Shown here: in pieces, positions 1 through 8,340 of the stretch | Layout: the number at the start of each line of letters is the position of its first letter | Position numbering within the stretch: the first letter of the stretch is position 1 | Notes under the pieces: generated by a model | Told to the model about the DNA's origin: nothing | Databases searched by the model: none | What the model saw: the letters and a program-made list of their open reading frames with translations, nothing else | NCBI GenBank assembly: GCA_964436545.1 | Contig: CAYTCJ010000002.1 | Coordinates: 110,738 to 174,737 of the forward strand | Direction of reading: 5' to 3' | Length of the DNA stretch: 64,000 nt | Origin: an uncultured Candidatus Saccharibacteria bacterium | GTDB taxonomy: Bacteria; Patescibacteriota; Doudnabacteria; UBA920 | Program-made: the position numbers and the translations under genes

Positions 1-86
1 GTGGTTTGGCCTTCGGACTGGGCGGACAGAGCACAGCTAAAAGATGGCTGGAAAACTTAGAAGAAGACTTAACAAAGAAAAACTAG
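1..86 (+). CDS. 3' fragment of an upstream gene (frame 3 open from the window edge to TAG at 84-86)
   Basis: Open frame from position 3 to the stop at 84-86. It is followed by an intrinsic terminator at 100-133. No similarity could be judged from 28 residues. Confidence 0.2.
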   Translation, partial: GLAFGLGGQSTAKRWLENLEEDLTKKN

Positions 87-99
87 CCTTATGAAAGAA

Positions 100-133
100 A
101 AACCCTCCCAAATACCTTTGGGAGGGTTTTTCT
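100..133 (+). terminator. Rho-independent terminator (AAACCCTCCCAAA-tacc-TTTGGGAGGGTTT followed by a T-run)
   Basis: Perfect 13-bp GC-containing stem, 4-nt loop, T-tract. Sits between the upstream fragment and mltG. Confidence 0.7.
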
Positions 134-141
134 GATATAAT
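133..141 (+). promoter_or_regulatory. Extended -10 element TGATATAAT 6 nt upstream of the mltG ATG (near-leaderless arrangement)
   Basis: TGnTATAAT consensus at 133-141, ATG at 148. No Shine-Dalgarno sequence. The same 15-nt string CTGATATAATAAAA recurs at 4872-4885. Confidence 0.4.
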
Positions 142-147
142 AAAATT

Positions 148-1029
148 ATGAAAAAACAGTTAATAATTGGTATGGTTTTGTTATTACTGGTTGGATTAAT
201 TGGGGGCGGATTTGTTTATTGGCAAAGAAAAGCTAGGTGGCAAGAGTACAAAAAAAATGTGGAAAACCAAAAAGCCGAAGAAATTACCATTCGCATTATT
301 GAAGGTTGGCCTAACCAAGAAATTGCGGAGTATTTGGAAAAACAGGGGATTGTAACCAAAGAAATTTTTTTAAAAACCGCTTCCAACTTTAATTCTTTAG
401 AATATCAAAGTCGGCTTCCCATGGAAGCGCAAAAAAATCTGCAAGGCTTTTTGTATCCCAATACTTACCGTTTATTTAAATCCATTACCAACCGTGTCAT
501 TACCCCAGATGCCGACGCTGCGCAAATTGTAATTAAAAAACTCTTAAACGAATTTTTTAACAAACTACCCACAGACGCGGAAAGCTTAGCCAAACAACAA
601 GGTTTGAGTTTATACCAAGCCATTACTTTAGCTTCCATTGTAGAAAAAGAAACCGGAAGGAATGCTCTAACCCCCAATGCCAAAAATCTTTTGGAAGAAG
701 AAAGAAAACTTGTGGCGGGAATTTTTTACAATCGCTTAAAAATTAAAATGGCTTTACAAAGCGATGCCACCATCAACTACATTACCGGTAAAAACGACCC
801 GTCGGCTACTTTAGCGGACTTAGAAATAGATTCCCCATATAATACCTACAAATATGCCGGCTTACCGCCCACACCCATTGCCAACCCTTCGCTATCTTCC
901 ATTTTGGCGGTTTTAAACCCTACCAAAACCGACTATTTATACTTTCTACACAAACAACCCACAGGAGAACCGGTATATGCCAAAACCTTTGACGAACATG
1001 TTAAAAATAAGGTAAGATACTTAAAATAA
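148..1029 (+). CDS. mltG: Endolytic murein transglycosylase MltG (YceG family)
   Basis: N-terminal transmembrane helix. YceG-like hallmarks including the GLPPTPI motif and 'YLYF..H' near the C-terminus. 293 aa is typical for the family. Confidence 0.85.
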   Translation: MKKQLIIGMVLLLLVGLIGGGFVYWQRKARWQEYKKNVENQKAEEITIRIIEGWPNQEIAEYLEKQGIVTKEIFLKTASNFNSLEYQSRLPMEAQKNLQGFLYPNTYRLFKSITNRVITPDADAAQIVIKKLLNEFFNKLPTDAESLAKQQGLSLYQAITLASIVEKETGRNALTPNAKNLLEEERKLVAGIFYNRLKIKMALQSDATINYITGKNDPSATLADLEIDSPYNTYKYAGLPPTPIANPSLSSILAVLNPTKTDYLYFLHKQPTGEPVYAKTFDEHVKNKVRYLK

Positions 1030-1042
1030 TAATAATACTAAT

Positions 1043-1480
1043 ATGAGTACATCAAATTCGGAAAACCAATTCTTACGAGAAAGAACAAAAAGAGAAGTTA
1101 GATTTTATATAATGTTCACCAGTCCTGAAGAAAGGAACAAAGCAAAAAATGTTCTAGACGCACTTTTAAAAGAAGATAGGGAACAAGGCATCTACCAAAT
1201 ACCAGCTGGTCCAGATTATCCTCTAACTCAAAAAAATATCCTCAATGCTGAATATAAAGAATCACATGATGATGAAAACCCAGAAAAAACTGATGTTGGT
1301 TTAGAAATTTCCTTTACTCATACACCTGATTATTTTAAAACACCTGAGGCGCTTGAATTATTCTTAATTAACGAATTAAAAAAGAGAAATTTACATATAA
1401 ATAAAAAAGATGGTCATGATGAGGTTTACGAAGTGGTAGGCAATGAACCTCAAGAATTCACACCACCCCAATCAAACTAA
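1043..1480 (+). CDS. Hypothetical acidic protein (145 aa)
   Basis: Clean ORF with no recognisable motif. Its 3' end overlaps convergent fmt by 9 nt. Confidence 0.45.
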   Translation: MSTSNSENQFLRERTKREVRFYIMFTSPEERNKAKNVLDALLKEDREQGIYQIPAGPDYPLTQKNILNAEYKESHDDENPEKTDVGLEISFTHTPDYFKTPEALELFLINELKKRNLHINKKDGHDEVYEVVGNEPQEFTPPQSN

Positions 1481-2401
1481 AACGCTCCCATTAAACTCTT
1501 TGTTTCCATGCAAAAAGTCTGAAATTTTTATGGCTTTTTTTCCCTCCACTTGGAGGGTTTTTATTTGCAGAAAAGTATTTTCCCCACAAGCGACTATCCC
1601 GCCATCTAAAACTTGTCCATATCTGTAGGCATCTGCCCCAAGGCTATGTTCTGTCGTGTGGCAATCTAAAATCTTAATTTTTTTACCATTCCAAGTTGTC
1701 CACACCCCCGGCCACGGGTAAAACGCCCGAAATCGGTTATAAATTTCTCTCGCGGTTTTTTGCCAATTAATTTGACCATCAGTTTTATTAATGTGTTTAG
1801 TAAAAGTCGCTTGAGTATGCTCTTGAGCTTGGGGTATAAGCTTACCTAAAGCATAATCGTTTAAAGTTGTTAAAATTAACTCAGCCGAAGCAAAAGCCAT
1901 CTTCTGGCTTAAGCTTAGGGCATTGTCGTCATTGTCAATCTTTAGGTTTAAATTAGCCAATATCGGCCCATGGTCAACTAATTCATCTAGAATAAATAAA
2001 CTGACGCCCGATTGCGTTTCCCCATTTAATAAGGCCGATTGGATAGGGGAAGGTCCTCGGTATTGGGGTAAAAGCGAAAAATGCACATTGATAGTTTTTA
2101 ATTTGGGTAAATTAATTAACTCTAAAGGTAAAATTTTACCGTATGATACCACCACAAAAACGTCCGCACTAAGCGCTGTAAGCTGATGGATTAACTCCAT
2201 ATTACCTTTAACTTTTTCCGGTTTAAATAAAGGTAAATTCATTTCCTTAGCCAATACCGAAACCGGGCTTTCGGTAAGCGTCTGGCTTCTACCCACTGGA
2301 GCATCGGGCGAAGTAACTACTGCAGAAATCTCAAATTTTCTAGATAAACTCTCTAGTATGGGCAAAGCAACATTCGATGTTCCAAAAAAAACAATTTTCA
2401 T
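1472..2401 (-). CDS. fmt: Methionyl-tRNA formyltransferase
   Basis: MKIVFFGTS start. Formyl_trans_N signature HFSLLPQYRGPSPIQ. About 309 aa. def lies nearby on the same strand. Confidence 0.85.
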   Translation of the reverse strand: MKIVFFGTSNVALPILESLSRKFEISAVVTSPDAPVGRSQTLTESPVSVLAKEMNLPLFKPEKVKGNMELIHQLTALSADVFVVVSYGKILPLELINLPKLKTINVHFSLLPQYRGPSPIQSALLNGETQSGVSLFILDELVDHGPILANLNLKIDNDDNALSLSQKMAFASAELILTTLNDYALGKLIPQAQEHTQATFTKHINKTDGQINWQKTAREIYNRFRAFYPWPGVWTTWNGKKIKILDCHTTEHSLGADAYRYGQVLDGGIVACGENTFLQIKTLQVEGKKAIKISDFLHGNKEFNGSVLV

Positions 2402-2513
2402 AATTTCTTTTCTGTCATCCCGATCCCTCTTCCAAATGGGAAAGGGAAATAACTAATACAAACTCTTTAAACTTTCTCTATAAGATTCTAATTTATCCGA
2501 AAAGCATAAAAAG

Positions 2514-3113
2514 CTATTTTAACATTTGCCTTAACACTTCTGCCTCAATTCTGCAATCGGTGAGCGCATCGTGCCTGGAACCTAAATTTTTAATGTTATA
2601 TTTTTTTACCAAATCTTCCAAACTGAATCCGGTAAATTTCTTTTTATTAGTCAACTGATTTTTACTAGCGAGCACAGCAAAAAAATAAGCCCAGAGATTA
2701 AAAAAATGATAATCAAATTGCCATTTAAGCTTATTCTCTCGGTAAGCCTTCCGTAAAAAATCCATATCCATCGGACCCCCATAATTACACAAAATCACTT
2801 TTTGGGGATTAAATTTTTTATTAAAGGCTTTTAAGACTACGCCTAAAGCCGGGGCATGCTTTACCCATTCGGCTTTAATACCGTTGATGCGCATAGATTC
2901 TCTATTGCGATTCTGCCACCGGACTGACTTGGCAAAAGCATTAAAACACGCTTTTTCTTTTAAAGTCTGCTTGTCTAAAAGCACGCCGGCAATTTGAATA
3001 ATTTCATGCTTATTCACGTCCAAACCAGTCATTTCCAAATCTATAAGTAATAAGTCTTTGTTAAAATGTCCCGCGAAGCGGGATCCCGCTTCGCGGGACA
3101 TATTTTTTTTCAT
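2514..3113 (-). CDS. DEDDh-family 3'-5' exonuclease (DnaQ / Pol III epsilon-like)
   Basis: Exo I motif LLIDLEMTGLD. C-terminal HDALTDCRIEAEVL resembles Exo III (H-x4-D). The listed start at 3155 is probably too far upstream. Likely starts are ATG 3111-3113 or the ATG inside the 36-bp palindrome (3099-3101). Confidence 0.7.
   Translation of the reverse strand: MKKNMSREAGSRFAGHFNKDLLLIDLEMTGLDVNKHEIIQIAGVLLDKQTLKEKACFNAFAKSVRWQNRNRESMRINGIKAEWVKHAPALGVVLKAFNKKFNPQKVILCNYGGPMDMDFLRKAYRENKLKWQFDYHFFNLWAYFFAVLASKNQLTNKKKFTGFSLEDLVKKYNIKNLGSRHDALTDCRIEAEVLRQMLK
3066..3101. repeat. 36-bp perfect GC-rich palindrome ATGTCCCGCGAAGCGGGA|TCCCGCTTCGCGGGACAT, followed by T8
   Basis: Read directly. Each half is itself a hairpin (TCCCGC-GAA-GCGGGA). 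A central GGATCC is present. It sits in frame in the 5' end of the exonuclease ORF and encodes MSREAGSRFAGH. A related stem GTCCCGC-cata-GCGGGAC occurs at 33248-33265. Confidence 0.85.
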
Positions 3114-3219
3114 ATTCCTAAAATTAATAATTTCAATCCTGGTGTCCAAATGCATCCAAATTGTGAACTAAGCGCGGTTTAGTGGCATTCGGATGTTAAT
3201 TCGTAGCATTTGGATCGGA

Positions 3220-3756
3220 TTATACTTGTTTAATAATTTTTCTAAACACTTCAGCTTCCAAACGCACTTTTTCCAAAGCATCGTAAGGATTTTTTTGTTT
3301 AAATTTAAAGTAATCAAAAAAAGTATTGGCCGTAGGCATTTTTTTTAAACCGAAATTTAAAGTAAAAATATAACCCAAAGTCCACAAATCCAAAACATGA
3401 GAATCGTAATCAAAGGCCACCAAAGCTTTTTTAAATGCCATTTTTAAAAATAACAAATTGGTTAAATTGTGGGTGGCCAATAAATACTGCTTGCCAAAAA
3501 CTTTATGAAATTGCTTAATGGCATCGTAAATTTTAGGACTTTTTTTTAAAGTTTCCGGAGGAATCCTTAAAAGTTTACTGTGTTCCCAAATTACATTATC
3601 CAAATAACTTACCCGCACATACGAATTAAAAAAACCTTTTTCCAAAAGATTATCTTTATCTAAAACAATGGCGGATAATTGTAAAATGTTATCCTTATCG
3701 GTATCGTTTCCGGTAGTAATTAATTCAAAAAATAAAATATCTTTAATAAATTTCAT
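3220..3756 (-). CDS. DnaQ-like exonuclease paralog with a degenerate catalytic motif I (FELITTGND instead of D-x-E)
   Basis: Same architecture and same C-terminal motif (YDALEKVRLEAEVF) as the neighbouring exonuclease. The Exo I acidic pair is replaced, so it may be catalytically inactive. Confidence 0.5.
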   Translation of the reverse strand: MKFIKDILFFELITTGNDTDKDNILQLSAIVLDKDNLLEKGFFNSYVRVSYLDNVIWEHSKLLRIPPETLKKSPKIYDAIKQFHKVFGKQYLLATHNLTNLLFLKMAFKKALVAFDYDSHVLDLWTLGYIFTLNFGLKKMPTANTFFDYFKFKQKNPYDALEKVRLEAEVFRKIIKQV

Positions 3757-3843
3757 ATTTCTAATCTACCAATTAAACAAATCTGGGATGTCAACAAATA
3801 AAATTTGTAGAGATTTGTATATTTGTTTCATTCGTATATTTGA

Positions 3844-4341
3844 TTATTTCCACGCCTTAACTTTTTCTTCCCCTTTCGTGTAATTTTTTATTAAATCAAT
3901 AATCAATACTCCATTGGTGTGGTCAATTTCGTGCTGAGCCACTCTGGCTATCCAACCATCATCGGTAATTTGAATTTTTTTCCCTTCTGCATCCTGCGCT
4001 TCAATGACTACTTGAATCGGTCTTTTTACCATACCATACACCCCAGGGATAGATAAACAACCTTCTTCAATTTCTCCCTTTTTCCAACTTTTTTTAACTA
4101 TCTTGGCATTATATAAAGGGAATAAACCTTCACCGCTTTTTTCCAAATTAATAATTATAAGTTTAACCGATTTTCCCACCTGTGGAGCAGCGAGACCAAT
4201 CCCGTCCGCATCGCGGACAGTTTCGATCATATTATTGGTCAGATCTATCAGGGCGGGGGATAACGGAAAAACCACCGGATCAGTCGGTTTTCTTAATATT
4301 TCATTAGGATAGGTTAAGATGGGTAAAATCATAAATTGCAT
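3844..4341 (-). CDS. def: Peptide deformylase
   Basis: Def motifs GLAAPQVG, EGCLSIPG and QHEIDH are all present. 165 aa. Confidence 0.9.
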   Translation of the reverse strand: MQFMILPILTYPNEILRKPTDPVVFPLSPALIDLTNNMIETVRDADGIGLAAPQVGKSVKLIIINLEKSGEGLFPLYNAKIVKKSWKKGEIEEGCLSIPGVYGMVKRPIQVVIEAQDAEGKKIQITDDGWIARVAQHEIDHTNGVLIIDLIKNYTKGEEKVKAWK

Positions 4342-4348
4342 CTTAAAA

Positions 4349-4630
4349 TTAATTTTTTTGCTCCTGATTGCGCTTTTTTACCAAATAAGAAAACAGTTTT
4401 CCCGGAGTTTGAATATTTTTATTTTCCAAAACTTCTCCCATAATTTTTCTTAAATAGTCGTGATGATATCTCGTAGCCATACCCAAATACAAACCAAAAT
4501 GCCGACGATCGTTAAATTTTACCGACAACTCTTCCGCAAGCAAATGCGCAGGGGAATGCAAATGCCGGTTAGGTTTGGTGCGAGTGCTGACTTTGGATAA
4601 TTTTTTTGTAATTTTACCAAGGGCTTCCAT
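4349..4630 (-). CDS. Hypothetical basic protein (93 aa)
   Basis: ORF immediately upstream of def on the same strand. Lys/Arg-rich. No family recognised. Confidence 0.4.
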   Translation of the reverse strand: MEALGKITKKLSKVSTRTKPNRHLHSPAHLLAEELSVKFNDRRHFGLYLGMATRYHHDYLRKIMGEVLENKNIQTPGKLFSYLVKKRNQEQKN

Positions 4631-4637
4631 TTCTCAA

Positions 4638-4880
4638 TTATATCAGGACTTACACACTGAGCCAAGTTCAACAAGAGCTTGATTTGGTCTGAGTTCGGGC
4701 TTAGCCCGAACTTTAAGACCAAATCATCACGATCCAGGCATTTTCTGAGGATTTTTGGAGACGTAGTCTGACTACGGCGACAAAAACCTTGAAGAAAATA
4801 ACGAAGAAATTGGCCGGAGCCACTTTAAGGGTCGGGCTTTGCCCGCCCTATAAAGTGGCGATGCGGAAGTCCTGATATAA
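4638..4880. ncRNA. Candidate structured RNA (riboswitch-like leader) or MITE-like element bounded by a 14-bp perfect inverted repeat
   Basis: TTATATCAGGACTT (4638-4651) is the exact reverse complement of AAGTCCTGATATAA (4867-4880). Three perfect nested hairpins lie inside (4683-4723, about 4762-4776, 4818-4860). GC content is well above the flanks. Only spurious ORFs overlap. It lies between divergent genes. Confidence 0.4.
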
Positions 4881-4921
4881 TAAAACTTCAAAAAAAGCTA
4901 TTAAACAAAGCATTTTTAGGC

Positions 4922-4927
4922 TATAAT
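4922..4927 (+). promoter_or_regulatory. -10 hexamer TATAAT 7 nt upstream of ATG 4935 (leaderless-type promoter)
   Basis: TATAAT at 4922-4927, ATG at 4935-4937, no Shine-Dalgarno sequence. A second extended -10 (TGATATAAT) at 4872-4880 overlaps the right arm of the inverted repeat. Confidence 0.35.
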
Positions 4928-4934
4928 ATAAGTT

Positions 4935-6269
4935 ATGCAACAAATTGACATTGCGGGCTTAAAACTTAATCAACTTAGCAAAACCGATTTGCTAACCAGG
5001 CTATTAAAAGAACTTCGGGCTAATCATTCCATTTGGCTTACCACCGTGTACTCGGAATTTTTATACGCTGGGCTCTGTGACCCAAAAATTATGGGGCTGT
5101 TAAACCAAGCTGATATTGCCATACCCGATGGCATAGCGATGTTTTGGGCAAAACGCTTTTTATACCTCCCGTTTACCGCCAAAACTTATTTGGGTAAAAT
5201 TTTTGAAGCTATTTGGCAAGCCGGCTATTCTTTATTGGCCATTATTTTTTACAAAAAATGGATCCTTTCCGCCTTGCCGGAAAAAATTGTGGGTGCAAAT
5301 TTAATTTGGGATTTAGCCAAACTGGCTAATGACAACCATTTATCCATTTACCTATTGGGTGGATTTGGCGACACTCCAGAACTTGTCAGAAAAAAACTTA
5401 CAACTTACAACTTAAAACTTAAAACTTATACCTCCAATAAACACCCAAGTGATACAACTATAATTAATGACATTAACCAAGCATCGCCCGACATTCTTCT
5501 GGTAGCTTATGGACCAATAAAACAAGAGCAGTGGATTTTAGAAAATCGTAATAAATTACCATCGGTTAAATTGGTGGTAGGGTTGGGTGGAACTTTTGAT
5601 TATCTGGCGGGCCGGCGCCTAAGTCCGCCTGAGTGGATAAGACGCGTAGGCCTAGAATGGCTTTTTCGGCTCATTACTCAACCCCACAGAATAACAAGAA
5701 TTTATAATGCCACGATAGGTTTAGTCAATTTATTAATTCATTATAAAGTTTTTACTTCACTACCCTTAAGACCCAATGTGGCAATTATTATTTTAAACAA
5801 TAAAAATCAAATCTTGCTTTGCGAACGAAATACCCATAACCACGAAGTGGATATTATCAGCACTCGCGAAGCCTTAACGCAAACCAACTATTGGCAATTA
5901 CCCCAAGGGGGGATTGATGCCCACGAAGACCTCGTTGGGGCTGCAAGACGGGAAGCCAGAGAAGAAACTTCACTTACTAATTTACAAGAGCTCTATATTT
6001 CTCCTCATACTCATACTTACTTTTGGAATAATGCTTTAAGAAATTTTAGGAAAAATAATCGCCACAAAAACCGCGGGCAAATTCAGAATCTGGTTTACTT
6101 GAAACATTTAGGACCAGACACGGAAGTTCAAATTGATAATCATGAATTTTCCAATTACCAATGGACGGACATAAATGCTTTAGACAAAACCATCCATCCG
6201 GAGCGAAAAACCCTTACAGCTATTGTGCTAAAAGATTTGAAAGAAATGCAAGAAAAAGGTATAATATAA
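4935..6269 (+). CDS. WecB/TagA/CpsF-family glycosyltransferase fused to a C-terminal NUDIX hydrolase domain
   Basis: The central region (VVGLGGTFDYLAGRRLSPPEWIRRVGLEWLFRL) matches the TagA/WecG fold family. The C-terminal part carries a NUDIX box (GGIDAHEDLVGAARREAREETSL). Confidence 0.7.
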   Translation: MQQIDIAGLKLNQLSKTDLLTRLLKELRANHSIWLTTVYSEFLYAGLCDPKIMGLLNQADIAIPDGIAMFWAKRFLYLPFTAKTYLGKIFEAIWQAGYSLLAIIFYKKWILSALPEKIVGANLIWDLAKLANDNHLSIYLLGGFGDTPELVRKKLTTYNLKLKTYTSNKHPSDTTIINDINQASPDILLVAYGPIKQEQWILENRNKLPSVKLVVGLGGTFDYLAGRRLSPPEWIRRVGLEWLFRLITQPHRITRIYNATIGLVNLLIHYKVFTSLPLRPNVAIIILNNKNQILLCERNTHNHEVDIISTREALTQTNYWQLPQGGIDAHEDLVGAARREAREETSLTNLQELYISPHTHTYFWNNALRNFRKNNRHKNRGQIQNLVYLKHLGPDTEVQIDNHEFSNYQWTDINALDKTIHPERKTLTAIVLKDLKEMQEKGII

Positions 6270-6291
6270 TAGCAAAATTTGCATCGGGTAT

Positions 6292-6465
6292 ATGTTAGGC
6301 CTACAAGCCTTTAAAAATATTTGGATAGTTACGGTAATTTCTGTTACTTCTATATTATTGACTGAACCTATATTAACTTACACAATCACTCACGAGTTTT
6401 CCACCAAGGGGGTCATTGCTGGTTTAATTTTAGGGTTTATAGGTTTAATATTAACTTTGATTTGA
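6292..6465 (+). CDS. Possible 57-aa small membrane protein (below the ORF-track cutoff)
   Basis: ATG at 6292 with a hydrophobic C-terminal half (GVIAGLILGFIGLILTLI). No other support. Confidence 0.2.
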   Translation: MLGLQAFKNIWIVTVISVTSILLTEPILTYTITHEFSTKGVIAGLILGFIGLILTLI

Positions 6466-6480
6466 GATTAAACAATAAAT

Positions 6481-6732
6481 ATGAGTGTTGAATTTTTAGG
6501 ATATATCGCAGGTAGTTTAGTGGCAATTTCAGTTTTACCACAAGTTATAAAATCTTGGAAAACTAAATCCACCAAAGACATTGCTCTTTCTTGGGCAACA
6601 ATAAACCTTGTAGGACAATTTTTATGGATAGTTTTTGGATTTTTAATTCATAGTAACTCTTTAGTCATTATGTCTGGAATTACCTCAATTTTTCAAATTT
6701 CTATGATATATTTAAAACTTAAACATGGATAA
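6481..6732 (+). CDS. SemiSWEET / PQ-loop family sugar transporter (3-TM unit)
   Basis: 83 aa with three predicted helices and the PQ motif (VLPQVIKSWKTKSTKDIAL) typical of MtN3/SemiSWEET proteins. Confidence 0.65.
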   Translation: MSVEFLGYIAGSLVAISVLPQVIKSWKTKSTKDIALSWATINLVGQFLWIVFGFLIHSNSLVIMSGITSIFQISMIYLKLKHG

Positions 6733-6759
6733 TTTCTCTAAATTCATAATTCATAATTC

Positions 6760-8265
6760 ATGATAAGAACTCGCTTTGCTCCCTCACCAACCGGCTTTGT
6801 TCATATTGGCTCCTTAAGAACGGCGCTGTTTTCTTTTTTGTTTGCCCGTCATCACCAAGGCACTTATGCCCTAAGAATTGAAGACACCGACCAAAACCGT
6901 TTTGTGGAAGGTTCGCTGGAAAATATGCTAAAAGTGTTTAGCCAAATGGGCATAAACTTTGATGAAGGCCCTTATCTGGAAAACGGCCACATTAAACAAA
7001 AAGGCGAGTTCGGCCCATATATTCAGTCGGAAAGAAAACACCAAGGTCTGTACCAAAAATATGCTAACGAGCTCCTTACTAACAAAAAAGCCTACTACTG
7101 TTTTTGCACCCCAGAACGTTTAGAGGAAATGCGCAAAGAGCAAACTGCCTTAAAAAAACCGCCTATGTACGACCGGCACTGTCGCCATTTACCCGAAGCT
7201 GAAATCCAACTCAAACTGCAAGAAATTCGCCAAGCAGGCAAAGAACCAGTAATCCGCTTTGCCATGCCCCTTACCGGCCAAACCGTCATTCACGATTTAA
7301 TTTACGGGGACATCACTTACGAAAATAAAATTTTAGATGACCAAGTGATTTTAAAATCCGACGGTTTTCCTACCTATCATTTAGCCGTGGTGGTAGATGA
7401 CCATCATATGCAAATTAGCCATGTTATTCGGGGCGAAGAATGGATCCCTTCCACACCCAAACATTTGCTAATTTATGAAGCATTAGGTTGGAAGCCCACT
7501 CAATTTGCACATTTGCCTTTAATTGTTAATGCCGACAAATCCAAGTTAAGCAAACGGCAAGGTGATGTCGCGGTAGAGGATTATATAAATAAAGGCTACT
7601 TGCCCGAAGCTTTAATTAATTTCATTGTCCTCTTGGGCTGGAATCCAAAAACCGAACAAGAACTCTTTTCCATTCAAGAATTAGTGGAACAATTCGACTT
7701 GGCCAAAATCAACAAATCGGGTGCGGTATTTGATTTAGTCAAACTTGATTGGATAAGCTCGCAATACTTACGTCGTTTAACCGGCCAAGACCTCGCTCAA
7801 AAACTTAAACCTTTCTGGCAACAAGCCGGAGTGGATGTAAGTAAATTTTCCGATGCCTACTTGGAAGCCATTGCCGAATTAGAAAAGGACCGGCTTAAAA
7901 AACTTTCCGAAATAGGGGAGAGGACACAATTTTTCTTTGCCCTACCCGAATACGAAGCCGAATTATTAGTCTGGAAAAAGGCCAATGCCCCCGACGCCAA
8001 AAATAAATTACTTGCCTTATGGGAATTATTTAAGCAAATGGATGAAAAATTATTGCCTACGCCCGCTAACGTTCAAACCGCTTTAGAAACTTTTATTACC
8101 CAAAATAATTTTGACAAGGGGAGTGTGCTATGGCCCTTAAGAGTGGCGTTAACCGGCAAAGAAAAATCTCCGCCACCTTTTGATGTGGCGAGTGTGTTAT
8201 CTTTGGGATTAGGAAAAACGGAAGTTTTAAACAGAATCCAAACAGCCATAAATAAGCTTAAATGA
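6760..8265 (+). CDS. gltX: Glutamyl-tRNA synthetase
   Basis: HIGH motif (APSPTGFVHIGSLRTALF), KLSKRQG (KMSKS), class I catalytic core. 501 aa. Confidence 0.9.
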   Translation: MIRTRFAPSPTGFVHIGSLRTALFSFLFARHHQGTYALRIEDTDQNRFVEGSLENMLKVFSQMGINFDEGPYLENGHIKQKGEFGPYIQSERKHQGLYQKYANELLTNKKAYYCFCTPERLEEMRKEQTALKKPPMYDRHCRHLPEAEIQLKLQEIRQAGKEPVIRFAMPLTGQTVIHDLIYGDITYENKILDDQVILKSDGFPTYHLAVVVDDHHMQISHVIRGEEWIPSTPKHLLIYEALGWKPTQFAHLPLIVNADKSKLSKRQGDVAVEDYINKGYLPEALINFIVLLGWNPKTEQELFSIQELVEQFDLAKINKSGAVFDLVKLDWISSQYLRRLTGQDLAQKLKPFWQQAGVDVSKFSDAYLEAIAELEKDRLKKLSEIGERTQFFFALPEYEAELLVWKKANAPDAKNKLLALWELFKQMDEKLLPTPANVQTALETFITQNNFDKGSVLWPLRVALTGKEKSPPPFDVASVLSLGLGKTEVLNRIQTAINKLK

Positions 8266-8270
8266 TCAAT

Positions 8271-8312
8271 AAAAATTTTACCCGGGAAAACCGGGTAAAA
8301 TTTTTATTTTTT
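8271..8312 (+). terminator. Rho-independent terminator after gltX (AAAATTTTACCCGG-gaaaa-CCGGGTAAAATTTT + T-run)
   Basis: Perfect 14-bp stem, 5-nt loop and a T-tract directly after the gltX stop. Confidence 0.7.
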
Positions 8313-8340
8313 GCCAAATTCTGGTATAATTTATACCATA

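Noticed and set aside
4519-4722. 67-aa minus-strand ORF overlapping the structured element
   Set aside because: It lies inside the hairpin-rich GC element, has no start context and overlaps the 5' end of a better-supported gene. It is probably a frame artefact.
4866-4876. GGAAGUCC near the right arm resembling the RNase P CR-I motif GGAAAGUCCGG
   Set aside because: The match is too short and its position is wrong (the 3' end of the element, not following a P1-P3 region). No other RNase P conserved regions (CR-II, CR-V) are present. Identity left open.
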